Source of the DNA: Longimicrobiales bacterium | GTDB taxonomy: Bacteria > Gemmatimonadota > Gemmatimonadetes > Longimicrobiales > Gaopeijiaceae | Assembly (NCBI GenBank): GCA_965238005.1 | Contig: OZ250165.1 | Location: forward strand, 2,752,001-2,816,000 | Reading direction: 5' to 3' | DNA length: 64,000 bases | Shown here: positions 32,283 to 42,729 of the stretch, one piece after another | How positions within the stretch are numbered: the first letter of the stretch is position 1 | Layout of the letters: each line of letters begins with the position of its first letter | The notes under the pieces: model-generated | Told to the model about the DNA's origin: nothing | Database searches by the model: none | Seen by the model: the letters and a program-made list of their open reading frames with translations, nothing else | Program-made: the position numbers and the translations under genes

Positions 32283-33485
32283 TCAGCGGCTGGGACCGGC
32301 CTCCGGGTCTCGACGCTCGGTGGCCAGATACCCGGCCCACTCGGCCATCAGGACGCGCCTGCGCTCGAACAGGTCGGAACGCGCGTAGGCTGCCTCCACC
32401 TTGTTGCGGACCACGTGCGCCAACGCCGCCTCCATGACCGCATGGGGGGTGTCCGTGCATTCGGCCGCCCAGTCCCTGAAGCTCGACCTGAAGCCGTGCG
32501 GCACGGCCGCGATGCCGAGTCGTCGAAGCAGCGTGGGGAGTGTGCCGCCGGAAAACACGCGGCCCTCCGGCGACGGGAAGACCAGACCGCCGCCGCCGAG
32601 CGGCCGCGCCTCGCTCAGGATCTCCATGGCGCGCCCGGAAAGCGGCACCCTGTGGGGGCGCTGGGCCTTCATGCGTTCACCGGGAACCGTCCACTCTCGA
32701 GCCTCCAGATCGATTTCATCCCAGTGCGCCGAGCGAACCTCTCCCGAGCGGGCCGCCGTCAGCACCATGAACTCGAAGGCGAGTTTCGTGGCCGGGTACG
32801 CGTTCGACTTCCGCACCGTTTCCATCGCGCCCGCGACCTTCGAGTGAGGCAACGCGCGCATGTGCTGGATTACGACGTGCTGTCGGCCGAGTGCTTGATC
32901 GAGCACATCGCTGGCGGGGTTGTCCGGCCGAAGCCCCATCGCCACCGCCCACTTCATCACCGCCCCGATGCGCTGGCGCACCAGCCGGGCGGTCGCGTGC
33001 TTGTCGTGCCAGATCGGTGTCAGAACCGCCAGCACGTCGGCTGTCGTTATCTCGCCGACCGGTTGATGGCCGAGCTGCGGGAACGCATAGACGCGCAGGC
33101 TGGTGACCCAGGCCTTCGCATGCTTGGCGCTGCGCCAGCCCGGCCGCTGCTGTTCCAGAACACGGGCGGCCGCCTCGGCGAACGTGGGCATGTCCCGGAC
33201 CTTGTGCCGCTCGGTACGCGGATCGCCGCCCGAGCGCGCGATCTTGCGGTTCATGAATGCCTTCTCTCGCGCCTCGGCCAGCGATACCAGCCGGTAGCCC
33301 CCGAGCCCGAGCGTGCGGTTTCGATCGTGGATCCGCAGACGCTGCTCCCATCGGCGCGCGCCTGATCGGTCCACGCGCAGATAGAGGCCATTCCCGTCGC
33401 AATAGTATCCGGGCTTGGCACTGCGCACGAAGGCCGCGCTGAGTGCGTTGTGCGGGTGTCTCCCTCGGTGTTTGGGCAAATCCAT
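32283..33485 (-). CDS. P4-like tyrosine integrase (element B)
   Basis: DGNGLYL, TAARSGE, HGFRSSFRDW, LAH, AAYARSD. Confidence 0.95.
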   Translation of the reverse strand: MDLPKHRGRHPHNALSAAFVRSAKPGYYCDGNGLYLRVDRSGARRWEQRLRIHDRNRTLGLGGYRLVSLAEAREKAFMNRKIARSGGDPRTERHKVRDMPTFAEAAARVLEQQRPGWRSAKHAKAWVTSLRVYAFPQLGHQPVGEITTADVLAVLTPIWHDKHATARLVRQRIGAVMKWAVAMGLRPDNPASDVLDQALGRQHVVIQHMRALPHSKVAGAMETVRKSNAYPATKLAFEFMVLTAARSGEVRSAHWDEIDLEAREWTVPGERMKAQRPHRVPLSGRAMEILSEARPLGGGGLVFPSPEGRVFSGGTLPTLLRRLGIAAVPHGFRSSFRDWAAECTDTPHAVMEAALAHVVRNKVEAAYARSDLFERRRVLMAEWAGYLATERRDPEAGPSR

Positions 33486-33643
33486 TTCCTATATCCCGTA
33501 TAGAATATCGTATGTCATGTACGGGAATATCGTGGACTTGCAGAGACAGCGCAACTGGGAGTGACCTATATAACCTACTGTGGTATCTGTAGTTAGATAG
33601 TCTTATGAGACACAGATGGATTGTATTGGAATCTATGTGCAGG

Positions 33644-34047
33644 AGACGTGGCGGAAGAAGAACGCCGCGCTGATCATGGCCACGCAGTCCGCGGTGGACG
33701 TGACGGCCACGCCGGGCGCTGCGGCGCTCCTCGAGTCGATCCCGACCAAGCTGTTCCTCGCGAACCCGGAGCTCCCCGACGCGGTCGGCGCGCTGTTCCG
33801 GCTGAGCGAGTCGGAACTCGCGCAGGTCCGGGGCCTGATCCCCAAACGCGAGCTCTATCTGCGCCGCCCCGACGGGGCGGCGGTGCTCCGGCTCGAGGTC
33901 GATCCGGAGAGCTACTGGCTCTACACCTCGTCCGCATTGGACGCCGAGGAGCGCGCCCGGGCCGTCGAGCGTCACGGGCTCGCCCGGGCCCTCGAGGTGC
34001 TCGCGAGCCGAGACGATCCCACCCCCACCCCCAACGCAAGGAGCTGA
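33644..34047 (+). pseudogene. virB4: VirB4 C-terminal part
   Basis: TWRKKNAALIMATQS, TKLFLANP; continues EAAKTWR of the middle part. Confidence 0.9.
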
Positions 34048-34053
34048 TACGCC

Positions 34054-34917
34054 ATGCGACCACCAATGACACCCATCGTTCTAACCGCCCTTCTCTTGGC
34101 TGCCCTCCCCGCCGGGGCTACCGCCCAGCAGGAGGACGACCAAGCGTTCCTCCGGGTGCCGGTCCCGGAGGAGGGGGAGGATCGGATCCATCGGCTCCGC
34201 ACCCAGGTCCGTCACACGACGGTGATCGTGCTCCCCGCCGATGAGAACATCCTGGATTTCGTGGTCGGCGACTCGGAGTACTGGCACCTGACCGGCGCGG
34301 CGAACGTCGCGTTCCTGAAGCCTCTGCGGCCGGACGCGGCGACGAATATCGCGCTCGTATGCGAGTCGGGGCGGATCTACTCGTTCCTGGTGGCCGAGCA
34401 CAGCGACGGGCCGCCTCATCTAGTCGTTCGCGTCGAGTCCGGAGCAGAGGCGGCGCGGCTCTCCGGAGGCACGGGCCGTCCCGCGTTCGTCGCACGGAGC
34501 GAGGTCGCGGCCTATCAGCAGATGGCCGCCGAGGCGGCCGAGGCGGCTCGCAGCGCCCGGGAAGCAGCCGAGGCCGGCATCCTGGAGGCCCGGTCGCAGG
34601 CTGAGTCGGCGATCGAGGAGTTCCGTGCCGGCTATCCGGAGCGCCTCGCCTTCGAGTACCGGCTCGACGGGGACGCGGCCGACCGGCCGTTCCTGGTCGA
34701 AGCGATGTGGCACGACGGGCAGTTCACCTACCTCCGGTCCCACGCCCAGGAGTCGCCGGCCCTCTATGAGCTCCGGGACGGCGAGCCGGCGCTCGTGGCT
34801 TACGATCTGACGGATGAGGGCCTCTACATCGCCCGCCACGTACTGGGAGACGGGTGGCTGCAGATCGGCGACAAGCGGGCCGCTTGGCGGTTCACGCCCA
34901 GGGACGGGCTCCGATGA
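34054..34917 (+). CDS. virB9: VirB9/TrbG
   Basis: Signal peptide, VGD..W, FLKP, WHDGQFTY; operon context. Confidence 0.85.
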   Translation: MRPPMTPIVLTALLLAALPAGATAQQEDDQAFLRVPVPEEGEDRIHRLRTQVRHTTVIVLPADENILDFVVGDSEYWHLTGAANVAFLKPLRPDAATNIALVCESGRIYSFLVAEHSDGPPHLVVRVESGAEAARLSGGTGRPAFVARSEVAAYQQMAAEAAEAARSAREAAEAGILEARSQAESAIEEFRAGYPERLAFEYRLDGDAADRPFLVEAMWHDGQFTYLRSHAQESPALYELRDGEPALVAYDLTDEGLYIARHVLGDGWLQIGDKRAAWRFTPRDGLR

Positions 34918-36191
34918 GCCGCTGGAAGCAGTGGGTCCGGCCCCCGGAAGGCGCGCTGCCCGGGGGCATCGTGACGAAGGCGGGCGTGGTGTTGATCGCC
35001 GTGCTCGTCGGCGGACTCCTCTTCTCGTGGGCGATGACGGGTCCCCAGGAAGCCGACACTCTCGTAGCCCTGCCCGAGGCGCAGGCGGTCGACGACGGGA
35101 TGGGGAGGTCGCTCCAAGACCGCATTCGGCAAGAGGCCGAGCGGCAGACTCTGGAGGCCGCCGCCCGGGCGCGCGCCGAGCTCGAGCGCCGGCAGGCTGC
35201 GGCCGCCGAAGAGATGGCTCGGCTCCAGACCGAGTCGGAGACGCCGAACACCGCAGCCTTGATCCCAGGCGTGAGCGCGGCCGAGTCGGAGCTTAGGGAG
35301 GCGCTTCGGCTGGAGGAGCTGGAGCGGAGGGCCCGCTCGCTCCGCGCCCTGCCGGTGGCCCACACGTACAGGACTCCGGACGCCGCGACCCGGCCGTCCG
35401 AACCCGACGGAGGTGCGGCCGACGCGGATGTGGCCCTCCTCGAGAACACGGTCCGAGCGGCTCTCGCCTCCTTCGAGCAGTCGCTCGGGGCGCTCGAGGG
35501 CGAGCTAGAAGCCGAAGAGCGGCTGCTCGCGGCTCTGGGGGCGACTGCACCCGCTCCCAACCCGGGAGCTGCCGCACCGCCAAGCTCTCCTCGCCCCCCC
35601 GGCACGGCTGAGCCCGGCCGGAGCGTCCGGCCTGCCGACCTGCCGGGTTGGGAGCGGATCTACGAGGGCTCGTTCCTCGAAGGGGTGCTGGTCACTCAGC
35701 TCACGGGCGATTTCCCGGGACCGGTGCTCGCCATGGTTTCGGTCCCGTTCTATTCGGCCGACCGCCAGCGGATCCTGATCCCGCGCGGCGCGCGTGTCGT
35801 CGGCACGGCCCGGGCCGTTCAGGACCCGGACCAGAGCCGGCTCGCCGTCGCGTTTCACCGGTTGCTGCTCCCCGACGGCAGCTGGATCGACCTCGAGTTC
35901 ACCGGCCTCAACCAAGCGGGCGAGGGGGCCCTTCAGGACGAGGTCGATCGCCACTACTTCAGCACGTTCGCTGCGGCCGGAGCCGTGGGCGTCGTGAGCG
36001 GACTCGCCCTGGCCGGCGGTTCGCCGTTCGGTCTCAGGGCGGGCGTCGGCCAGGGACTCGGCCAGAGCGCGACCTCGGTTCTCGACCGGTTCCTGAACCG
36101 GCTACCCACGATCACGATCCGCGCGGGCCATCGCCTGCGCATCTGGTTCACCTCCGATGTCCTGGTCCCCAGGGCCGGGACACGGCAATGA
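34914..36191 (+). CDS. virB10: VirB10/TrbI
   Basis: N-terminal TM, ILIPRGARVVG, DEVDRHY, PTITIRAG. Confidence 0.9.
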   Translation: MSRWKQWVRPPEGALPGGIVTKAGVVLIAVLVGGLLFSWAMTGPQEADTLVALPEAQAVDDGMGRSLQDRIRQEAERQTLEAAARARAELERRQAAAAEEMARLQTESETPNTAALIPGVSAAESELREALRLEELERRARSLRALPVAHTYRTPDAATRPSEPDGGAADADVALLENTVRAALASFEQSLGALEGELEAEERLLAALGATAPAPNPGAAAPPSSPRPPGTAEPGRSVRPADLPGWERIYEGSFLEGVLVTQLTGDFPGPVLAMVSVPFYSADRQRILIPRGARVVGTARAVQDPDQSRLAVAFHRLLLPDGSWIDLEFTGLNQAGEGALQDEVDRHYFSTFAAAGAVGVVSGLALAGGSPFGLRAGVGQGLGQSATSVLDRFLNRLPTITIRAGHRLRIWFTSDVLVPRAGTRQ

Positions 36192-36208
36192 CAAACAAGG
36201 AGCTCATC

Positions 36209-37117
36209 ATGCGTCACCGCAGCCTCACCACCGTCCTCCTCGTCTCCATCCTGATGCTCGCGAGCGCTGGGCCGGCCAACGCCCTCTTCGACATCGGCGG
36301 CGTGATCCAGCGAGCCCAGATGATCGTGAACCAGGCGACCCAGATCGCTAACCAGATCCGCCAGATGCGGACGATGACCCGCCAGCTCACCGAGCTCGAG
36401 GAGCAGCTCGACTACATGAAGGACGTCGCGCGGGGCGAGGTGGACGCGCTGATCGAACCGTTCGCCGAGCTGTCGGCCGGATCCATCGGCCTCGTCGGCG
36501 ACGGCCTCGACTGGGGCTCCGACTTCACCGGCGCAGCCGGCGAGCTGGTCGAAGCGGTGCGTGGCATGGGGAGCGGCAGCTCGTTCACCGACGTCTGGCG
36601 GAGCGCCCAAGGGGTGGCCGACCAGGTGAGCGAGGCGGACATCTTGGGGCTCTACCGTAACCGCCCGGCTGAGGTGTCGTCGCGCGCGGTTGAGGACTAC
36701 CGCCAGGCTCGTGAGGCCGCCGACCGCCAGCGCGTGCTCGACTACGCGATGATGGACGCCGCGGCCTCGCTCGCCTCGACCGTCGAGAGCGCGCAGGGCT
36801 CGTTCGACGACCTGACCGCGAACGGCAATCTGTCCAACACGGCACTCCAGCAGGCGCAGGTGGCTGCCGCGCTGACGCAGGGCCGGATCAACGCCGCCGT
36901 GGCGCAGGTGCTCGCCTATCAGGCGGTCGAGCAGGCGAACCGGATGCAGCAGGCCGAGATCGACCGGCTCGAGCGGCTCGCCGAGTGGAGGGACGCGCGG
37001 CTCCGTACGAACGCGATGGCCGATGCGATGCGGGCGGCCGCGTTCCAGAACCGCGACCGGCTCCGGGAAGGGCTCCTCTTCAAGATCCCTTCGTTCTACA
37101 TGGGCGGCCAAGTTTAG
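36209..37117 (+). CDS. VirB5/TrbJ-like protein
   Basis: Signal peptide, QIANQI.Q, helical Q/A-rich; precedes virB6. Confidence 0.65.
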   Translation: MRHRSLTTVLLVSILMLASAGPANALFDIGGVIQRAQMIVNQATQIANQIRQMRTMTRQLTELEEQLDYMKDVARGEVDALIEPFAELSAGSIGLVGDGLDWGSDFTGAAGELVEAVRGMGSGSSFTDVWRSAQGVADQVSEADILGLYRNRPAEVSSRAVEDYRQAREAADRQRVLDYAMMDAAASLASTVESAQGSFDDLTANGNLSNTALQQAQVAAALTQGRINAAVAQVLAYQAVEQANRMQQAEIDRLERLAEWRDARLRTNAMADAMRAAAFQNRDRLREGLLFKIPSFYMGGQV

Positions 37118-37135
37118 GCCCCGGGAGCGACTGTC

Positions 37136-38146
37136 ATGCAACTCCTGCCACCGCAGTCGATCGATCCGAACGTCCCGGCCCAGATCCCGGCGGATCAACT
37201 CCAGGACTTCAAGGGGTTCCTGGACATCGTGCTCGATACCGTGGCCGGCGGCGCCGCGCCCGACGTGCTGACGCTCGGCCACCAGCTGTGGGGCGGTCTC
37301 GCGGCGGTGGTCGTCGCGTGGAGCGGGCTCAAGATCGCGTACAGCGGCACGCTCGAACCGTGGGCGCTCGTGCGTGTCGTGCTCGGGATCGCGATCCCCC
37401 GGACGCTGCTCCATTACTACAGCGTCCCGATCCCGGGCGTGGGCTTCACGTTTCCGGCCATGGTGGCGGCCGGAGGGATCTGGCTCCAGAACCTGTTCAT
37501 CTCCGATGTCGTGTCGGTTGGCTACACGGAGATGACCGCGCTGGTCCAGGCGTTCGCCGCACGGCTCGGAGCGGCATGGTCCGGCGGGAGCCTGATGACC
37601 CTCATGACCGAGGGCGTGAGCGTGTTCTTCTCGTCCCTCGTCGCGCTGATGATGGGCGCGCCGCTCGTGCTCGGCCTGGTCGCGCTCTTCTGCCTGACCT
37701 ACGCGCAGGTGATCTGGGCGCAGGTGGCGCTCGCGATCGTGATCCTCTTGGGCCCCGTGTTCATCCCCTGGCTGCTGTTCGAGCCGCTCGCGTTCCTGTT
37801 CTGGGGATGGTTCCGCACGCTCATGGTCTACACGCTCTACGGCGTCGTGGCCGGAGCCATCCTCCGCGTGTTCATGGGCGTGGGCATGGGCTACGTCACG
37901 ACCTATACCGGCGCCTTGATGGGCACCGGCTCCTCCGACCCGGCCGAGCTAGGGCTCTGGGTCGTCGTCCTGCTCCCGCTCGTCGTCTCCGGCCTGATGG
38001 CCGGCATGAAGGTGGGCGAGCTCGCCGCGATGCTCGTCTCCGGCTCCGGGTCCGTCGGATCGGGGATGATGGCGGTCATGGCCCGCGGCGGCGGACGCCT
38101 CAGCGCTGCCGCGAACCCGGCCCGCCCCCCAATCCCCGGAGGCTGA
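37136..38146 (+). CDS. virB6: VirB6/TrbL
   Basis: Polytopic membrane protein, LGPVFIPWLLF...FWGW. Confidence 0.85.
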   Translation: MQLLPPQSIDPNVPAQIPADQLQDFKGFLDIVLDTVAGGAAPDVLTLGHQLWGGLAAVVVAWSGLKIAYSGTLEPWALVRVVLGIAIPRTLLHYYSVPIPGVGFTFPAMVAAGGIWLQNLFISDVVSVGYTEMTALVQAFAARLGAAWSGGSLMTLMTEGVSVFFSSLVALMMGAPLVLGLVALFCLTYAQVIWAQVALAIVILLGPVFIPWLLFEPLAFLFWGWFRTLMVYTLYGVVAGAILRVFMGVGMGYVTTYTGALMGTGSSDPAELGLWVVVLLPLVVSGLMAGMKVGELAAMLVSGSGSVGSGMMAVMARGGGRLSAAANPARPPIPGG

Positions 38147-38151
38147 AGGAG

Positions 38152-38427
38152 ATGTCCATGAACCGAGAACACGATGCCGGCCGCGAGTACGCGGAAATCT
38201 GGGGCGAGACCGTCGAGGCCAACCGGAAGCTCCGGACGCTGGCGACCATCCTCGCCACCGCGTGCCTCGCGCTCGGCGTGCTCCTGCTCCGGGTCGCGAC
38301 CGTCGAGCCGCCCCGGCCGATCGTCGTGCGGGTCGACGAGGTCGGCCGCGCCGAGGCCGTGGCCTACGAGGCCGCAACGGCGCAGGCGGATCCGCTCGAT
38401 CCCACGACCAAGTAGTTCCTGAACCGG
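38152..38427 (+). pseudogene. virB8: VirB8 N-terminal part
   Basis: TM helix, PIVVRVDEVG, ends PTTK*FLNR at att core. Confidence 0.85.
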
Positions 38428-38988
38428 CGAGTTATTCAGTAACCCATTGCTACGCTTGCGGTTAGCCGGTCACAGATACGCTGTGGATCACTTCGGGTAT
38501 ACAAAACGAACGGGCGACCGCGGAAGGGATCGGTCACACCCGACGGAAGGCTGGGCGCCTACCTGGCCGGAGCGACGCAAGAACCAGAGACCAAGACTCC
38601 CCGAGGGAATGCTGCCGAGCCCCGATGAGAAGCTTGGCCGGTCATCGGGGGCGCTGGTAATGGCCGACCGGATTCGCAGGTTACGGAAGTCGGCTACCGG
38701 GCTCACGGGACGATCGTGTGTCTTGGTGATGCCTGCCGGGATCATGATTCTCTCGGTTCACCGCTGGCGATTGTCAGTGAGTGCCGTTCGACAAGGCGGG
38801 CGCCGACCTGCTGTTCGGCTTCGGCTGTGAGCTCCTCAATCGGATGACCGAGCTCGGCCGACCAGTGTCGTATCGCATCGACAGGAGAGAATCCTGTCGG
38901 TTGGCATCGTGCGGGCCAGTGACGATTCGTGGAACAACGCCGGTCGCTCCCATGACGCGACGGACATCGTTGCAGGATATTCCGTCTG

Positions 38989-39210
38989 TCACATCTCGAA
39001 GATCGTGTTCCCATCGCTGTCTCGACGGACAACCAACGTTCCAAGGTCATGTGTGACCCTGCACACCGGACAGGTCGTCGTCGACGCCTGTTCCAAGTAG
39101 TCGGCGCCAAAATCATCGAGCGCCAAGTTAATCGACGCGCGATACCAGTCCTTATAGACGTGTCCGCAGTCCGGACAGGTGATCGTGATCTCTTCTGGTG
39201 GCGTCGACAT
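38989..39210 (-). CDS. Small zinc-ribbon (CpXC-like) protein
   Basis: ITCPDCG...SIN...TCPVC. Confidence 0.6.
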   Translation of the reverse strand: MSTPPEEITITCPDCGHVYKDWYRASINLALDDFGADYLEQASTTTCPVCRVTHDLGTLVVRRDSDGNTIFEM

Positions 39211-39763
39211 GATATTGCCTGAGTTAGTCTCTGAGGATCGTCGTAACGGTTCGGTGATGCCGTGGCGGGGGGGTTGGATCTACCGGAGCCCATCGCGCCC
39301 CTCGGCCAGCGCTGCGTCCGCGCAAACATCCCCGTCGCCTATCGCCATGCGCGCGACGATAGCCCACATCGAATCGCGTTGCCAGATCTCTACCCGAACT
39401 CAGCCCGACACCGACGAACACTCCTCCCCCCGCCCGGCGACTCCGCCGGAGAGCGGGCCTCCGGGGATCCGGGGCGTGGCTCGGTTACCGAACTGTCCCG
39501 GATCGAACGCACTTCAACCGACCGCGATCGAGGCTCTACTCAGCGCGATCTCGAAGACCTCGGGAAGGTAGCTTTCCACCAGTGTCCCGCCCACCTGCAT
39601 CCTCACGTCGCGGTAAACGCCCCGAATTAAATCCACGCGGTCGTGTGTGGCGACGGGCCGCGAGGGGTTCTTTTCCTTCGGGATTCTGAGCCCCCGGATC
39701 GGGACGGTCAGGCGGTACGTTTGGCCGGATGGGACCACAATCGTCAATTCTGCTGCTTGGCGC

Positions 39764-40168
39764 CTACCTGGGGGAGTCCTCGTAGGTAACAAGAGTGGCG
39801 GCGCTGCTCAGCTTTTGAGCGATGTTCATCCGGAGGGCTTTGCTTTCTCGTCCGGGATCCATGGGCCAACCGATGAGATTTCCATGGCGCTCGAAGGGGT
39901 GATCGTCCCGTACAAACTCAAGCCCAGCGGGGGGGAGGACCGCCGGAGAAAACGTGGCGTGTCCACGTGCATCTTGACCCCGCAACTCCGAGACGGTCTG
40001 AGAGAGTCCTAAGACCCCCGGTAAGGCGAGCCCTGTGACCTCTGCGACCGAAGTCTGGCCGTGGTCATTGGGGATGAACGCTCGCCACTTCGCGATTCCT
40101 TTCTGAGCAGCGATATCGTCCTTGTGGAACAGAAAGCGGGCGAGTTGCTCCTTATCCTGCTCCGTCAA
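39764..40168 (-). CDS. Hypothetical protein, third gene of TIGR04255 operon
   Basis: 5 bp after preceding stop; R..AF.P..TSV..RH..L.GWP pattern. Confidence 0.65.
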   Translation of the reverse strand: MTEQDKEQLARFLFHKDDIAAQKGIAKWRAFIPNDHGQTSVAEVTGLALPGVLGLSQTVSELRGQDARGHATFSPAVLPPAGLEFVRDDHPFERHGNLIGWPMDPGRESKALRMNIAQKLSSAATLVTYEDSPR

Positions 40169-40173
40169 TCGAG

Positions 40174-40662
40174 CTACGCTTCCTCATAGAGGCGCCTTAA
40201 GAAGTCGCCGATGCCAATAGGGAACCGCTCGCTGACTGGCTCCGTACCGAAGAACGAGCTCCCATCAAGGAGACCCGAGTAAGCGACTTGGACATCATTA
40301 CCAAAACTGACGGCGAACATCCGTCCTCGGTTGACGATCCAGTCGAACGCGATCTCCCCCTCCAGGTCCGCTGATACATGGGGGGTTGGGAATGCGCTTG
40401 GAAGCAATTCAAGGAATGTACGAGCGTGCACATAGGCGGTAACGGAAACGGGCGGAGCATCCTGACCATCCCAGCCTAGTTCGCGGCCGACGCGGAAGAC
40501 CTCGATGAGCTTGTGGCGAGCAACTAAATGCCGCTCTTCCCTGATACTGCTGAGCGCACCGACCAGCTGCTTGTGACCTCGGCGGGCATCACGGCTGACT
40601 GCAGCGGCGTGAGGAGTCGCCCCGCCAGTCGTTGTGTCTGCTCGCCGAACGATGAGTGTCAT
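40174..40662 (-). CDS. Hypothetical protein, second gene of TIGR04255 operon
   Basis: ATGA overlap; GWDG.DA.P, P.P...D.EGEI.FDW. Confidence 0.7.
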   Translation of the reverse strand: MTLIVRRADTTTGGATPHAAAVSRDARRGHKQLVGALSSIREERHLVARHKLIEVFRVGRELGWDGQDAPPVSVTAYVHARTFLELLPSAFPTPHVSADLEGEIAFDWIVNRGRMFAVSFGNDVQVAYSGLLDGSSFFGTEPVSERFPIGIGDFLRRLYEEA

Positions 40663-41405
40663 TCAAACATCTCCGCAGTTCGCTCCGTGATGCTCTCGAA
40701 GAATATGAGGTTCTTGAACCCGCGCAGTTCCTCAAATGTTTCCCACAATGGTTCGGTCGTCGCATCCCGAACGCCCTCCGAGAAGGCGTCAATGTCCAAG
40801 ATAATACCGAGTCGGTCGGGATCGATGTCGTCTACCAGAGTATGGCCAACGTGCGCCGACAACTGCTTTTCTGCCTCAAAGAGTGTGACCCGGCTCAACA
40901 AGCTCGACAATACCTGGGGAAGGGCCTCAGGGACCCGAGGCAAGCCGGTGAAGTAGTCGTCAATATCCAGAATCGGGTGCGAAAGCCGGATGTGGTTGAT
41001 GTACCGCACCGCAATCCGCGTCACGGTTTCTGGTGCGACGACATCCGCATAGACCTGCCATAGGGTCTGCGCCTCGGCAGCAGCCTCCTCCCACGTCGTG
41101 TACGGAGCCAATCGACTGAAGCTAATGCCGTCAACCTTGAATTGGATGACCTTTAGGTCGTCTTCAGAGGATGCTCGAAATCCTCGGACCCCGTGGAGCA
41201 CGGCCGCGGCCGTCGGCTCCTCGTCGCCTGAAAGGCTTATGCTGCCCTCGAAGACGCGGAGCGGCGTGGGCTCTTTGTATCCCTCAAGCACTTCGACCAT
41301 TTCCTTAAGGGTCGGCTCAAGATGATCTCCCGTGAGAGGTGGTATGCGAAGCTCAAGCACGGCCTCACGGATTGGAGCGTTAGCTAAATGTCGTTGTCGG
41401 GCCAT
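40659..41405 (-). CDS. TIGR04255 family protein
   Basis: NAPIREAVLELR, YTTWE, RIAVRYIN, ILDID, FFESIT. Confidence 0.85.
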   Translation of the reverse strand: MARQRHLANAPIREAVLELRIPPLTGDHLEPTLKEMVEVLEGYKEPTPLRVFEGSISLSGDEEPTAAAVLHGVRGFRASSEDDLKVIQFKVDGISFSRLAPYTTWEEAAAEAQTLWQVYADVVAPETVTRIAVRYINHIRLSHPILDIDDYFTGLPRVPEALPQVLSSLLSRVTLFEAEKQLSAHVGHTLVDDIDPDRLGIILDIDAFSEGVRDATTEPLWETFEELRGFKNLIFFESITERTAEMFE

Positions 41406-41621
41406 TCAGTGGTGGGGTTAGGGGAGAAGGAGGTTAGGATCTCACCACACATCCATTATTGCAACTGTACCCCCCAAAACGGGGGGTCCAACCTCCCACT
41501 CTACTGGCAGGAGAAGCGCTTAGTGGTCGGCTCTAGCCCGATGAACACGGTGTCGCCGGAAGCCCTGAGACCTAATCGTCGCCTCCATCCGCTCCCTCCA
41601 GCCTTCCCCCAAGAATGTTGC

Positions 41622-42257
41622 TGGAGTTGCCCCAATTGAGTGGACACCCGATCTCTTGAGAGAGAAAGGAGTCCACAGTGCCAAGAACGAGACCACCGTA
41701 CGCGCCGGAGTTCCGGCGTCAAATAGTTGAAATGGTACGAGCGGGGCGGACGCCGGAAGAGCTGAGCCGAGAGGTCAAGCAGTTGAAGGTCGAGCGGGAG
41801 ATCTTAAAAAAAGCCGCAGCCTGGTTCGCGCGGGAGACCGACTCGGTGCCACCGAAGCATTCGAGTTCGTGAGCATGCATCAGGCGATGTATCCGGTGCG
41901 GACGATGTGCCGAGTGCTGGGTGTCTCCTCCAGCGGCTACTACGCATGGCGAGCCCGTCCGCAGTCGGCCACAGCACGGGCCAACGAACTGCTGCTCGAT
42001 CGGATCCGAGAGATCCATGCGATCTCCTACGAAACGTACGGCTCGCCGCGGATCCACGCGGAGCTCCAGGACGAGGGAGAGAGTGTGGGTCTGAACCGTG
42101 TCTCACGGCTGATGCGGCGTGGGGGTCCTGGTGGGTGTGACGAGACGACGGAAGTGGCGGACGACGAAGCGCGACAAGGATGCCCGATGTCGGCCACCCA
42201 GAGCTGGTCCGGTCCCTCGGCCGCGAAGTCACGCTGCACCAGATCCGGCGCCGGCCG
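41622..42257 (+). mobile_element. IS3-family element remnant (left IR, deleted orfA, truncated orfB)
   Basis: TG-starting IR-like end, YAPEFRRQ..EREILKKAAAWFA, MCRVLGVSSSGYY, YGSPRI. Confidence 0.85.
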
Positions 42258-42642
42258 TGGAGTAATCCGGCACCCGTATATCCAGCCCCAAGAGCGTGCC
42301 GATGGAGCCCATAAGTCCCTGCGTTTGCCGCAACGCAAGCCGATACGTCGTGCGCAGCGTCAGGCATGTCTCGATCGCCAAATCCGAGTATCTCCACTGG
42401 CCACCCCGTGACGTGCGGCGCGGCGCGCTCCACACACTTTGCGCCTCCTCACTGACCCAGATCGTCAGATCACCCCGCTGGCGCAGGCTCTCATTATATT
42501 CCGCCCAGTTGATCACCCGATACTGCGCCTTATCAAACTTGTGCCGTCGGGATGCGTTGAACTTATGTGGCATCTAAGTTATCCCCAGTGTTGAAAAACA
42601 CCATGATTAGACATCCTTCGGGATGATCCATGCAACAAGGTC
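42258..42642 (-). mobile_element. IS5-family (IS903-like) transposase 5' fragment
   Basis: NWAEYNESLRQRGDLTIW, YSDLAIE, LRQTQG, PDYST. Confidence 0.85.
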
Positions 42643-42715
42643 CCGTCAGGTAGACATCAATTTGGAGCTCAAGCGCCTGCGGACCAACCGTGATGTGGCG
42701 CGGGCCAGACTGTGA
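42643..42715 (+). pseudogene. C-terminal tail of DUF4391-like gene cut by IS
   Basis: RQVDINLELKRL...* directly upstream of mod. Confidence 0.45.
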
Positions 42716-42729
42716 ATCGAGAAGACCGT

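Larger units (their letters stand above)
28542..33653. mobile_element. 5.1-kb integrative mobilisable element B inserted in virB4
   Basis: 10-bp direct repeat AGACGTGGCG (28542-28551, 33644-33653), AT-rich ends, integrase, oriT-like sites. Confidence 0.88.

Noticed and set aside
39514..39700. Possible phage integrase internal fragment
   Set aside because: Only vague resemblance, no catalytic motif
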